Below, piece by piece: positions 36,844 through 45,102 of a stretch of DNA of 64,000 nt; within the stretch, counting starts at the first letter, position 1; each line of letters starts with the position of its first letter. The DNA is taken from assembly GCA_016186995.1 (NCBI GenBank), contig JACPKQ010000010.1, positions 2,970-66,969 on the forward strand. Reading direction: 5' to 3'. The position numbers were made by a program, and so were the translations under genes. Origin of the DNA: Deltaproteobacteria bacterium. GTDB taxonomy: Bacteria; Bdellovibrionota; JACOXK01. The notes below the pieces were generated by a model. That model worked only from the letters and a program-made list of their open reading frames with translations, was not told the origin of the DNA and did no database searches.

Positions 36844-37752
36844 TTAGAGAAGAATTTTAATGGTCGCTTTTTCTCTTTGTTTTTGAATAAACTCGTGCTG
36901 AACGCTCAAAATTTTTTCTTGAAAAAGATTTTGATGAATCTGCTCTTTTGCTTGGCTTGGAAGATCGATGTGAATAATATGATAACCATTTTGGGTTTTA
37001 AAAAGAGAGCTAATGTTTCCTATTTTCATTTTATTAATTTGTTTTTCAAACTCAGGAATCATTTGTCCTTTTGTAAAAACGCCCAAATCACCACCCGATG
37101 AGGCAAAAGGTCCTTCAGAATATTTTTTTGCTAAATCTTCAAACGGTGCCCCCTTTTTAAACTCATCAGTTACTTTTTGAGCTAGTTCAGTATTCTTTGT
37201 TTTAAAAAAAACCTGTTTAACTTGAAATTGCTTTAAATTTTTAGCAATGTTGGGGTGGGTTGCATAGAAGTTATAAATATCTTTATCAGTTATTTTAACT
37301 TTGGAAATTTCTGGACCCAAAAGTTTTCTAATTTCAATTTCGCCCTTAAGTCTTTTTTTATATTGAGCAATGGTGAAGCCTTCTTTTTTAATAGCTTCTT
37401 CAAATTCTTTTTCTGTCATTCCAAATCGTTCAACAGTTTCTTTAAAGTAAGAATCAACTTCTTTTTGTGAGGCACTAAGGCCTTTTTCTTGAAGGGTTTG
37501 GTTTAAGAGTTCATCATTAATAAGAAGTTCTAAAATGGCGGAATTTGATTTAAGGGCTTCTTTTTCAAAGGGAAGCTTTTCAGATTTTTTCTTTAGCTCA
37601 TTTTTTTTAATCCTTATATCTGAATAAAGAATAACTTTATTGTTAACCTGAGCTATAATTCGATCAACAAGCGTATCCTGCTTGGTTTTAGCCAAGGCGC
37701 CATCAGAAAGTAAAAGTGCTAAAAAAAGAGTTAAAAACTGTATTTTTCTCAT
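36844..37752 (-). CDS. surA: SurA-like periplasmic chaperone / PpiC-type peptidyl-prolyl isomerase
   Basis: Signal peptide MRKIQFLTLFLALLLSDGALA. Parvulin domain GGDLGVFTKGQMIPEFE...GYHIIHI. The start is placed at the internal Met at 37752. Confidence 0.75.
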   Translation of the reverse strand: MRKIQFLTLFLALLLSDGALAKTKQDTLVDRIIAQVNNKVILYSDIRIKKNELKKKSEKLPFEKEALKSNSAILELLINDELLNQTLQEKGLSASQKEVDSYFKETVERFGMTEKEFEEAIKKEGFTIAQYKKRLKGEIEIRKLLGPEISKVKITDKDIYNFYATHPNIAKNLKQFQVKQVFFKTKNTELAQKVTDEFKKGAPFEDLAKKYSEGPFASSGGDLGVFTKGQMIPEFEKQINKMKIGNISSLFKTQNGYHIIHIDLPSQAKEQIHQNLFQEKILSVQHEFIQKQREKATIKILL

Positions 37753-37960
37753 AAAAATGAGAATAGTAAGTCTATCCTTTTTTGTAAAGCCTCGGCTAAA
37801 TGTATATTCTGCTCCTATTTCCAAAACCCGTAGATTCTATGGGATTTCAAAAACCTTTACCTTGAGGCATTGCCTTGGGTGGTTACGCTATAAAAAGACT
37901 ACTTACACGAGCAAATCTTGCTACAAATCCTTCCCAAGTTTCTAGTTGGAATGTGTACTT

Positions 37961-37987
37961 GTCATTCCAGCGAAGGCTGGAATCCAG
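37961..37987 (+). repeat. REP-like palindromic element copy 1: GTCATTCCAGCGAAGGCTGGAATCCAG
   Basis: 8-bp stem ATTCCAGC/GCTGGAAT with GAAG loop. Identical to the copy at 57961-57987. Confidence 0.85.
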
Positions 37988-38171
37988 AACACAGATACTA
38001 AGATGAAAGTCACATATGTTATTCCTGTACAGGTGGGAAGCCACAGGCGCTAAGTCTGATAGTTAAACGTACTTTATGAGTTGATAAATCTAAATTTAAA
38101 AACTCAACAAATTAAAACTTGTTTTTGTTTAAATGATTTGAGTAAATGTGCAAAAGCACATTGGACAAAAA

Positions 38172-38894
38172 ATGGAACTATATTCGATTCTTACGATAAT
38201 TTTTATTTTTTCTATTATTCAATCAGTGATGGGAGTAGGTCTTCTTGTATTTGGTACCCCAACGCTATTATTGTGTGGATTGTCATTCCACGAAACCTTA
38301 GGAATTGTACTTCCACCATCGATTATTATTAGCTTAATGCAGGTTTGTGAAGCTAAAGTTCCTTCAAAGGACTATTTTAAGTCAGAATTTAATAAATTTT
38401 GCCTCCCTTTTGTATTAGTGGGAATGGCTATTGCATTGACATTGGCACAATCAGTCGATTTTAAATATTTTGTGGGAATCATGCTCATTATCAGCGGAAG
38501 TATAAGGCTTTTTAAACAATTTGAGGCAATCTTAATTAAGGTAATCAAGAAAAACAGAAAACTATATCAAGTGCTAATGGGATTAATTCATGGGTTAACA
38601 AATATGGGGGGCGGATTGCTTGTTCTTTTTTCTTCTTCAATGCATCATAATAAATTGGACATACGATCAGGCGTTGCTTATGGATATTTATTTATGGGGA
38701 CACTTCAATATTTAACTCTCCTTATCTATGATATATCTTTTCTGAAATTTAATATTCTATTTTATATAATAACTGCTACTTTGACCTATGGTGTTTTGGG
38801 AAAACGGTTATTTTATAGAACACATGAAAGTATTTTTCAAAAAATGATTACATCAATAATTTTTCTTTATGGCATAATACTGTTTGTTAAATGA
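38172..38894 (+). CDS. TSUP (TauE/SafE, DUF81) family membrane transporter-like protein
   Basis: Polytopic membrane protein with GVGLLVFGTPTLL and NMGGGLLV glycine-rich motifs. The ORF is open from 38148. The Met at 38172 was chosen as the start. Confidence 0.65.
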   Translation: MELYSILTIIFIFSIIQSVMGVGLLVFGTPTLLLCGLSFHETLGIVLPPSIIISLMQVCEAKVPSKDYFKSEFNKFCLPFVLVGMAIALTLAQSVDFKYFVGIMLIISGSIRLFKQFEAILIKVIKKNRKLYQVLMGLIHGLTNMGGGLLVLFSSSMHHNKLDIRSGVAYGYLFMGTLQYLTLLIYDISFLKFNILFYIITATLTYGVLGKRLFYRTHESIFQKMITSIIFLYGIILFVK

Positions 38895-38995
38895 AAGATA
38901 AATATTAAACGGTGAGTATTACAACATGACCTCGACGTTCTGGGTTCGCTACCTCCGCGGGCGCGATGGTGCACACTTCAATCTAATAAGTGTAC

Positions 38996-39022
38996 CTGGA
39001 TCCCAGCCTTCGCTGGGATGAC
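38996..39022 (-). repeat. REP-like palindromic element copy 3, inverted orientation, with a compensatory base-pair change
   Basis: Reverse complement reads GTCATCCCAGCGAAGGCTGGGATCCAG. Compared with copies 1 and 2, a T to C change in the left arm is matched by an A to G change in the right arm, converting a T-A pair to C-G. Confidence 0.85.
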
Positions 39023-39057
39023 ATGGAATAGATAACAGCATGATTTAGAGCCTGATC

Positions 39058-39921
39058 TTAAGGAATTTGTCTTAAGAGTTTAGTGTTTTTATAAATTTCT
39101 AGAGAGTTAGCGAAAATTTTTATTTTTTCATTAAAAAGTTGTCTTTCTTTTTCAAGGCGTAATATTTCGAGTATTTCTTTGCTCTTTTCCTCCAAGGTAA
39201 TCGTTCCTTCTGGTTTTGTATCAATGAGTTTGAAAACATGATAACCGTACGATGTTTTAATAACAGGAGATACAGCTTCTTTCTCAAGGTTAAAAAGGGG
39301 AACAAACTCTGGTAAAGCCTCAATACGACTCATCCAAGGAAGATACCCTCCATTTTCTGCTTCCGGAGAATGTGAGTATTTATGAGCTCTTGAAGTGAAT
39401 TGATTGGGGCGGTTTTTCAAAAAACTTTGTATTTTTTGTGCTAAAGAGGCATCCTTTACAAAAATATGCTGAAGTTTAATTCTTTGAGGTGCTATTTTTT
39501 CGCTGTAGTGAGAAGAAAAATAGGAATTAATTTCTTCATCAGAAACTTTTATTTTTGATTGTATTTCGTCTTGAATGAATTTTTTAATAAGATCTTCTTG
39601 AGAGAGGGTTTTGTTTAAGTTTGGATAGGTTTTTGAAGCGCTTAAAAAAAGAATTTTTTGATTAATCAAGGGCTTAAGGGCCAAATCTTTGACCAATTTT
39701 CTTGTTTTTGGGTTTTTGAGGCTTGTTTTTGAATATTCTTTTTTGAATTCATAATATTTTTCTAAAAAATCATTAAGATAAATTTTTTCTTCACCCACTT
39801 GAGCAATAATAACTTGTGAAGTGTTTTTGCTTTTAAACTTCCATATAAGAAATAGGGCGAGGGTACTTAGGAAAATGATAAGAATTAAAAGTACTTTTTT
39901 ATTTTTAAAAAATGGAAGCAT
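39058..39921 (-). CDS. PpiC-type (parvulin) peptidyl-prolyl isomerase, membrane-anchored
   Basis: N-terminal TM helix LLILIIFLSTLALFLIW. C-terminal parvulin domain ENGGYLPWMSRIEALPEF...YGYHVFK. The ATG at 39921 lies 1 nt after the stop of the upstream paralogue. The ORF is open to 39945. Confidence 0.75.
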   Translation of the reverse strand: MLPFFKNKKVLLILIIFLSTLALFLIWKFKSKNTSQVIIAQVGEEKIYLNDFLEKYYEFKKEYSKTSLKNPKTRKLVKDLALKPLINQKILFLSASKTYPNLNKTLSQEDLIKKFIQDEIQSKIKVSDEEINSYFSSHYSEKIAPQRIKLQHIFVKDASLAQKIQSFLKNRPNQFTSRAHKYSHSPEAENGGYLPWMSRIEALPEFVPLFNLEKEAVSPVIKTSYGYHVFKLIDTKPEGTITLEEKSKEILEILRLEKERQLFNEKIKIFANSLEIYKNTKLLRQIP

Positions 39922-39922
39922 C

Positions 39923-40768
39923 TTAAGGATTATTAACAATAACAATGTGAGCTTGTTTTTTTAAGTCTTCATAATACTGTTCTTGGGCTTTCATTTGTTT
40001 GTAAGATTGCGCTCTAAATTGAAGATCGCCAAGATATTTTTTTTTTATTTCCTCAAAACTAGGTTTTTCTGTAAGCTTAAAAATGTGAAAACCACGTGAA
40101 GATTTTAAAACTTCTGAGATGTCCCCTACTTTTTTAAGTGCAAAAGCTGTTTGAATAAGTTCTGGAAACAAATCTTCTTTTGTTTTAAAACCAATATCTC
40201 CACCCACATTGGCTGAAGGGCCGTTAGAGTGTCTTTTTGCTAAATCTTCAAAAAGGGTTGGAGTTTTTTTAAGCTCCCCTTTAATATTTTGCGCCTTTGT
40301 TTTGGTTTTATTCCACTCTTCTTGGCTGCCTTCTTTTGGAATAAGAACAATTTGAGAAAATTTTAAAAAGCCCTTTTCTTTGAAAAAAGCTTCTAAATCT
40401 TTTTCTTCAACTTTTATGGCGTTTATTTTTGGGGCCAATTCTTGTCTTACAACGAGATTGTGAAGTGTTGTTCGAAAGGCTTCAATAGCCAAATCGGTTT
40501 CATCCAACTTTAATTTTTGTGCGCGTTGTACGGCAAGTTCGACGTTAATCATGTAATCAAGAAATTCTTTTTTGGAGATTGTTTTATAGGGGCGCCCCTC
40601 TGTTGTTAGTTGATATTGTTTTCTAAATTCATCTTCATAAATAGCAACAGAATTAACTTTAACAAGAACTTTGCCTTCTCTTTTGTGTGAAAACCTAGGG
40701 TGTGCCAACAAAAACGTTTGAGATATGAGAGTAAGAAAAAACATCATTAAAATAGTTCTTTGAAGCAC
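39923..40768 (-). CDS. PpiC-type (parvulin) peptidyl-prolyl isomerase, secreted
   Basis: Signal peptide MLQRTILMMFFLTLISQTFLLA. Parvulin domain GGDIGFKTKEDLFPEL...RGFHIFK. Confidence 0.75.
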   Translation of the reverse strand: MLQRTILMMFFLTLISQTFLLAHPRFSHKREGKVLVKVNSVAIYEDEFRKQYQLTTEGRPYKTISKKEFLDYMINVELAVQRAQKLKLDETDLAIEAFRTTLHNLVVRQELAPKINAIKVEEKDLEAFFKEKGFLKFSQIVLIPKEGSQEEWNKTKTKAQNIKGELKKTPTLFEDLAKRHSNGPSANVGGDIGFKTKEDLFPELIQTAFALKKVGDISEVLKSSRGFHIFKLTEKPSFEEIKKKYLGDLQFRAQSYKQMKAQEQYYEDLKKQAHIVIVNNP

Positions 40769-40785
40769 GACAAAATGCTCTCATA

Positions 40786-43700
40786 TTAAACAATATGCTG
40801 CAATATTTTTTTAAGCTCTTCGTAGATGTTTAGGGGATCTGTGTTTTCTGTATGAATGATAAACTTTTGAGGTGGGAGAATTTTGTATTTTTTAGATTGT
40901 GTTTGAATAAGCTTAAAAACTTTATCAGGTTGAATGACGTCATTTTTAGCAAAAGAAATGCTTAAAATCTGGTCTTGAGAGATCATTGCTTCTACTTTCA
41001 TTTTTTTAAGAAGGTTTTTAATGTTCATAAAATGTAAAAGATTCTCTGTTTCTTCTGGAAGCTTTCCAAATCTATCTTGTAGTTCACGTTTCATGTCTTC
41101 ACTTTCCTCGGGTGTTTCTAAAGAGGCAATTCTTCTATAAAGGGCAAGTCTAAGATGAGAGTCTTTCACATAATAGTTTGGAATGAGAGCTTTGATTTTC
41201 ATTTTAATGTCAGGGTCAATTTCTTCCGTAATTTTTTCGCCCCTCAGTTTTTTAGCTTCGGCTTCAAGAAGACGAGAGTAAAGATCAAGCCCTACAGCAG
41301 AAATGTTTCCTGATTGTTTTGAGCCCAAGAGGTTTCCTGTACCCCTAATTTCAAGATCTTGGGAAGCAATATTAAACCCCGAGCCAAGTTCTGTGTGGTG
41401 TTCAATGGCAGAAAGTCTTTCTTTGGCCTCGGATGTTAGTTTTTGGAGGTGTGGGGTTACAAGATAGCAATAAGCTTGAGAAGAAGATCTCCCAACGCGC
41501 CCTCTTAATTGATAAAGATCTGCTAAACCAAATTTATGAGCCCCATTAATAATAATGGTGTTACAAGAAGAAATATCAAGCCCAGATCCAATGATTGTTG
41601 AGCACACAAGCACATCAAATTCTTTTTTGAGAAATGAAACCATTCTTTTTTCTAAAACCGTTTTGTTCATCTGACCATGTGCACAGAATATTTTTGCTTC
41701 AGGAACCAGAGTTTGAATTTCTTCGGTCATTTTTTCAATGGTTTGAACTCGGTTGTGTAAAAAATAAACTTGGCCCCTCCGCCCTATTTCTTTAAGAATG
41801 GCATCTCGAATGATTTTTTCATTAAAAGGGATGATAAAAGTTCTAACAGATTGTCTGCTTAAAGGGGGAGTTGTCATAATACTTAAATCTCTTAAAGAAG
41901 AAAGTGCCATGTGAAGCGTTCGGGGTATGGGTGTTGCTGAAAGAGTTAAAATATCAATGTTTTCTTGCATTTTTGTAATTTTTTCTTTTTGAAGAACGCC
42001 AAACCTATGTTCTTCATCAATAATAAGAAGCCCTAAATTTTTAAACTGAATATCTTTTGATAAAAGACGGTGAGTGCCAATAACAATTTCAACAGTGCCT
42101 TTTTGAATTTGTTCTTTAACTTGTTTTTGTTTTGATTCAGAAACAAAACGGCTTAAAAGAACAACCTCTACAGGGAAGTTTTTAAGTCTTGATTTAAAAT
42201 TTTCATAATGTTGTTGCGCTAAAAGTGTTGTGGGCACGAGAAAGGCTGCTTGTTTATTATCCTGGACAGCTTTAAATGCCGCCCGCATGGCTATTTCCGT
42301 TTTTCCAAAACCAACATCGCCACAAATAAGCCTATCCATAGGTTTTGGGGAGATCATATCTTGTAATACCTCTTGAATGCACTTTTCTTGATCAGGCGTT
42401 TCTTCATAAGGAAAAGTAGCCTCAAATTCTTCAAAATAAGCATCGGGTTCTGAAAAAGAAAATCCCTCTGAATGAAGTCTTTTGGCATAAAGTGCAATAA
42501 GTTCGCCGGCAATTTTTTTTGCATCTTCTGAAGCCTTTTTCTTTCTGATGTGCCATTTTTGGGTGCCTAGTTTATCAAGCGGCACAGACTGACCTGTTCC
42601 CACATATTTTTGAACAAGATTGAGTTTATGAATAGGGACATAAAGCTTGTCTTTTTCTGCGTATTCAAGTTGTAAAAAGTCGGAGTTCATTCCTCCAATT
42701 TCAAGTTTTTTAAGACCCACAAATCGACCAATGCCATGGCTATCGTGTACGATGTAATCACCATCTTGAAGCTCTTGAAGGTTAAGAAATGATTTTTTTC
42801 TGGGTTGTTTTTGTGCCCAGCCCCGTTTCTTTTTTCCAAAGATTTCTTCTTCAGTGAAATAGAGTGTTTTTTCCTCTTCAAAATAAAAACCCTCGGAAAG
42901 CTCACCACTTTTAATGGTCATATTTTTATTTTCTATATGTGTTGTTTTAAAAATATGATCTAATCTGTGAGTTTGTGTTTCTGAACACACAAAAAATATT
43001 TTTTGGTCTTTTTGGTTGTAGGTGCACATCAGTTCTTGAAGAGTTGGCAAAATATCTTCTTTTTTTTCCCGTATAAGGTTAAATTTTTCTTTCCATATGG
43101 AAAGCGATTTAAAATTAAAGAAATACTCTCCAAGGGAGCTATCCTTAAATGCTTTTAGGGGAACTTTTTTAAAATGATCAATCTCTTTTTTTGTTTGAGA
43201 TTCATCAAGATGAGTAAGTTCTTTAGTAATACCAAGATCTTCCCCACTGTTTTCTATTAAAGGATAAACAAAGGGCTCATCATGAAGCAGTAAACTTTCT
43301 TTTGGAAGATAAGAAAAAACACTTTCTAGATCAAAAAGAAAGGGTAAGAATGTGTCTGTTTCATGAGAAAAAATACCGTTAAGAGGACTTTCTAAAAGTT
43401 CATCCCTTGTTTTTTTCGAGATATTATTGTTATCGGCGTGTATTTTAAATTTTTCTTTAAGGGTTTTTTTAGTTTCAAAGTTTAAAATGGATTCTCTTAA
43501 AGGAATAACGAAAAAATTTTCAATTTCATTTCGAGATGTTTGAGATTCAAAATCGAAATGTTTAATGCTTTCTATGTTATTTCCAAAAAGCTCTATTCGA
43601 ACAGGCTTTTCATGGTGTGGCGGGGAAATATCTATAATGTTTCCTCTGATAGCAAAAAGTCCGTTGCCATCGACTAAAGAAGTTTCTTCATACCCCATTT

Positions 43701-44133
43701 CTTTTATTTTAAGAACAAAATCATCAAGATCAATTTTAGATTCTTTCTCGATAGATAAACAATATTCTGTGAAAAGCTTTAAAGGTGTTGTTTTTTGTGT
43801 GAGTCCTTGAAGTGAGGCAATAATAAAAGAAGGTTGTGTGAAAAGAAGATTAAAAAGAGCAACACTTCGTAAAGAGGCCTCTTCAATAGAAATTTTAGAA
43901 GAACTCCAACCGGGTATATAAATGATGTCATTTTTTGATGAGTGGAAAAATGAAAGATCATTATAAAGGTCTGAAGCCATTTTTTCATCTTGTGTGATGA
44001 TAATAAAAGGCTTTTCAATTGAGTTTTTTAACTTTGAGAGTATGAATGCTTTTTGTGAAGAGGAAAGAACCCCTGCAAGAGAAATTGTTTCTCCACTTTT
44101 AATTTTATGACTCAGTGTTTCAAATGAAGTCAT
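40786..44133 (-). CDS. mfd: transcription-repair coupling factor Mfd
   Basis: 1115 aa. UvrB-homology N-terminus. RNAP-interaction domain. SF2 helicase motifs GDVGFGKTEIAMRAAF, DEEHRFG, LSATPIPRTL and QLRGRVGR. Confidence 0.95.
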   Translation of the reverse strand: MTSFETLSHKIKSGETISLAGVLSSSQKAFILSKLKNSIEKPFIIITQDEKMASDLYNDLSFFHSSKNDIIYIPGWSSSKISIEEASLRSVALFNLLFTQPSFIIASLQGLTQKTTPLKLFTEYCLSIEKESKIDLDDFVLKIKEMGYEETSLVDGNGLFAIRGNIIDISPPHHEKPVRIELFGNNIESIKHFDFESQTSRNEIENFFVIPLRESILNFETKKTLKEKFKIHADNNNISKKTRDELLESPLNGIFSHETDTFLPFLFDLESVFSYLPKESLLLHDEPFVYPLIENSGEDLGITKELTHLDESQTKKEIDHFKKVPLKAFKDSSLGEYFFNFKSLSIWKEKFNLIREKKEDILPTLQELMCTYNQKDQKIFFVCSETQTHRLDHIFKTTHIENKNMTIKSGELSEGFYFEEEKTLYFTEEEIFGKKKRGWAQKQPRKKSFLNLQELQDGDYIVHDSHGIGRFVGLKKLEIGGMNSDFLQLEYAEKDKLYVPIHKLNLVQKYVGTGQSVPLDKLGTQKWHIRKKKASEDAKKIAGELIALYAKRLHSEGFSFSEPDAYFEEFEATFPYEETPDQEKCIQEVLQDMISPKPMDRLICGDVGFGKTEIAMRAAFKAVQDNKQAAFLVPTTLLAQQHYENFKSRLKNFPVEVVLLSRFVSESKQKQVKEQIQKGTVEIVIGTHRLLSKDIQFKNLGLLIIDEEHRFGVLQKEKITKMQENIDILTLSATPIPRTLHMALSSLRDLSIMTTPPLSRQSVRTFIIPFNEKIIRDAILKEIGRRGQVYFLHNRVQTIEKMTEEIQTLVPEAKIFCAHGQMNKTVLEKRMVSFLKKEFDVLVCSTIIGSGLDISSCNTIIINGAHKFGLADLYQLRGRVGRSSSQAYCYLVTPHLQKLTSEAKERLSAIEHHTELGSGFNIASQDLEIRGTGNLLGSKQSGNISAVGLDLYSRLLEAEAKKLRGEKITEEIDPDIKMKIKALIPNYYVKDSHLRLALYRRIASLETPEESEDMKRELQDRFGKLPEETENLLHFMNIKNLLKKMKVEAMISQDQILSISFAKNDVIQPDKVFKLIQTQSKKYKILPPQKFIIHTENTDPLNIYEELKKILQHIV

Positions 44134-44137
44134 TCAT

Positions 44138-45100
44138 TTAAGATCGAGCTATTAAATAGTCTTGGTGTTTTAAAAACCAGTTTACAGTTTTTTGAAGCCC
44201 CTGTTCAAAGGTTGTTTGAGGTTTGAAATCTGTATATTTTTGTATTTGCTCGATACTTGCTTGAGTGTGAAGAACATCTCCAGGTCTAGGGTCTAGGTAT
44301 TTGGGTTTAATATCTTTTTTTATAAGTTTATTTAATTTTTGAACTAACTCGTTCACAGTTGTTCTATTACCACAGGCAGCATTAAAAACCTTTCCATTAG
44401 CTTTGTTACTTTTAAGAACGCTTTCATGTGCTGCGATGACGTTTTCAACAAAAGTAAAGTCACGACTTTGTTTGCCATCTCCATAAATAGGAGGAGATTC
44501 ATTCAAGTTAAGAGATTGAATAAACTTAGGAATAACAACTGCATATTTGTTTTCAAGGCTTTGACGTGGGCCAAAAACATTAAAGTAACGCAAAGAAACA
44601 GTGGGTAAACCAAAGTTTTTAAAGTACATGCGGCAGTAAACCTCAGCATTTAATTTTGAAATAGCGTAAGGAGAAATAGGATCTGGATAGTATTCTTCTT
44701 TAAGTGGGAGGCTTACGTTGTCTCCATAGACAGAACTTGAAGAGGCAAGAACAAACTTTTTGATTTTATTTTTGAGAGCTTCTTCTAAAAGAACAATGGT
44801 TCCAATGACGTTTATTTTTTCATACCCTGTTGGGTCACCAAATGATTTAGGTACGGATCTTAAGGCGGCAAGGTGAAAAACAAAATCGCACCCTTTCATG
44901 GCGCTCGATACAATAGAAGGATCACAAATATCTCCTTCAAAGAAAGAAACATTATTTTTTATGGTTTCAATATTTTTAATGTTGCCCGTCGAAAAATTAT
45001 CAAGAATATTAATGGCATAGCCCTTTTTCAAAAAAGCCTCAGCCATGTTTGATCCTATAAAACCAGCTCCCCCTGTGATAAGAATTTTAGACATATCCAT
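44138..45100 (-). CDS. NAD-dependent nucleotide-sugar epimerase/dehydratase
   Basis: ILITGGAGFIGSN Rossmann motif. YAISK catalytic dyad. GDGKQSRDFTFVENV. Confidence 0.85.
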   Translation of the reverse strand: MDMSKILITGGAGFIGSNMAEAFLKKGYAINILDNFSTGNIKNIETIKNNVSFFEGDICDPSIVSSAMKGCDFVFHLAALRSVPKSFGDPTGYEKINVIGTIVLLEEALKNKIKKFVLASSSSVYGDNVSLPLKEEYYPDPISPYAISKLNAEVYCRMYFKNFGLPTVSLRYFNVFGPRQSLENKYAVVIPKFIQSLNLNESPPIYGDGKQSRDFTFVENVIAAHESVLKSNKANGKVFNAACGNRTTVNELVQKLNKLIKKDIKPKYLDPRPGDVLHTQASIEQIQKYTDFKPQTTFEQGLQKTVNWFLKHQDYLIARS

Positions 45101-45102
45101 TT

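Noticed and set aside
37682-37945. 87-aa plus-strand ORF overlapping the surA start and the upstream intergenic region
   Set aside because: It runs antisense to the surA signal-peptide region and into non-coding DNA. It has no RBS, its composition is atypical, and it would displace the well-supported surA start.
37961-37987. Considered whether the 27-bp element is a tRNA fragment or attachment site, because GGCTGGAATCC resembles a T-arm GGTTCGAATCC
   Set aside because: There is no acceptor stem, anticodon arm or CCA context. The palindrome is self-contained (8-bp stem plus GAAG loop) and recurs at three unrelated loci. No integrase or phage genes are nearby.
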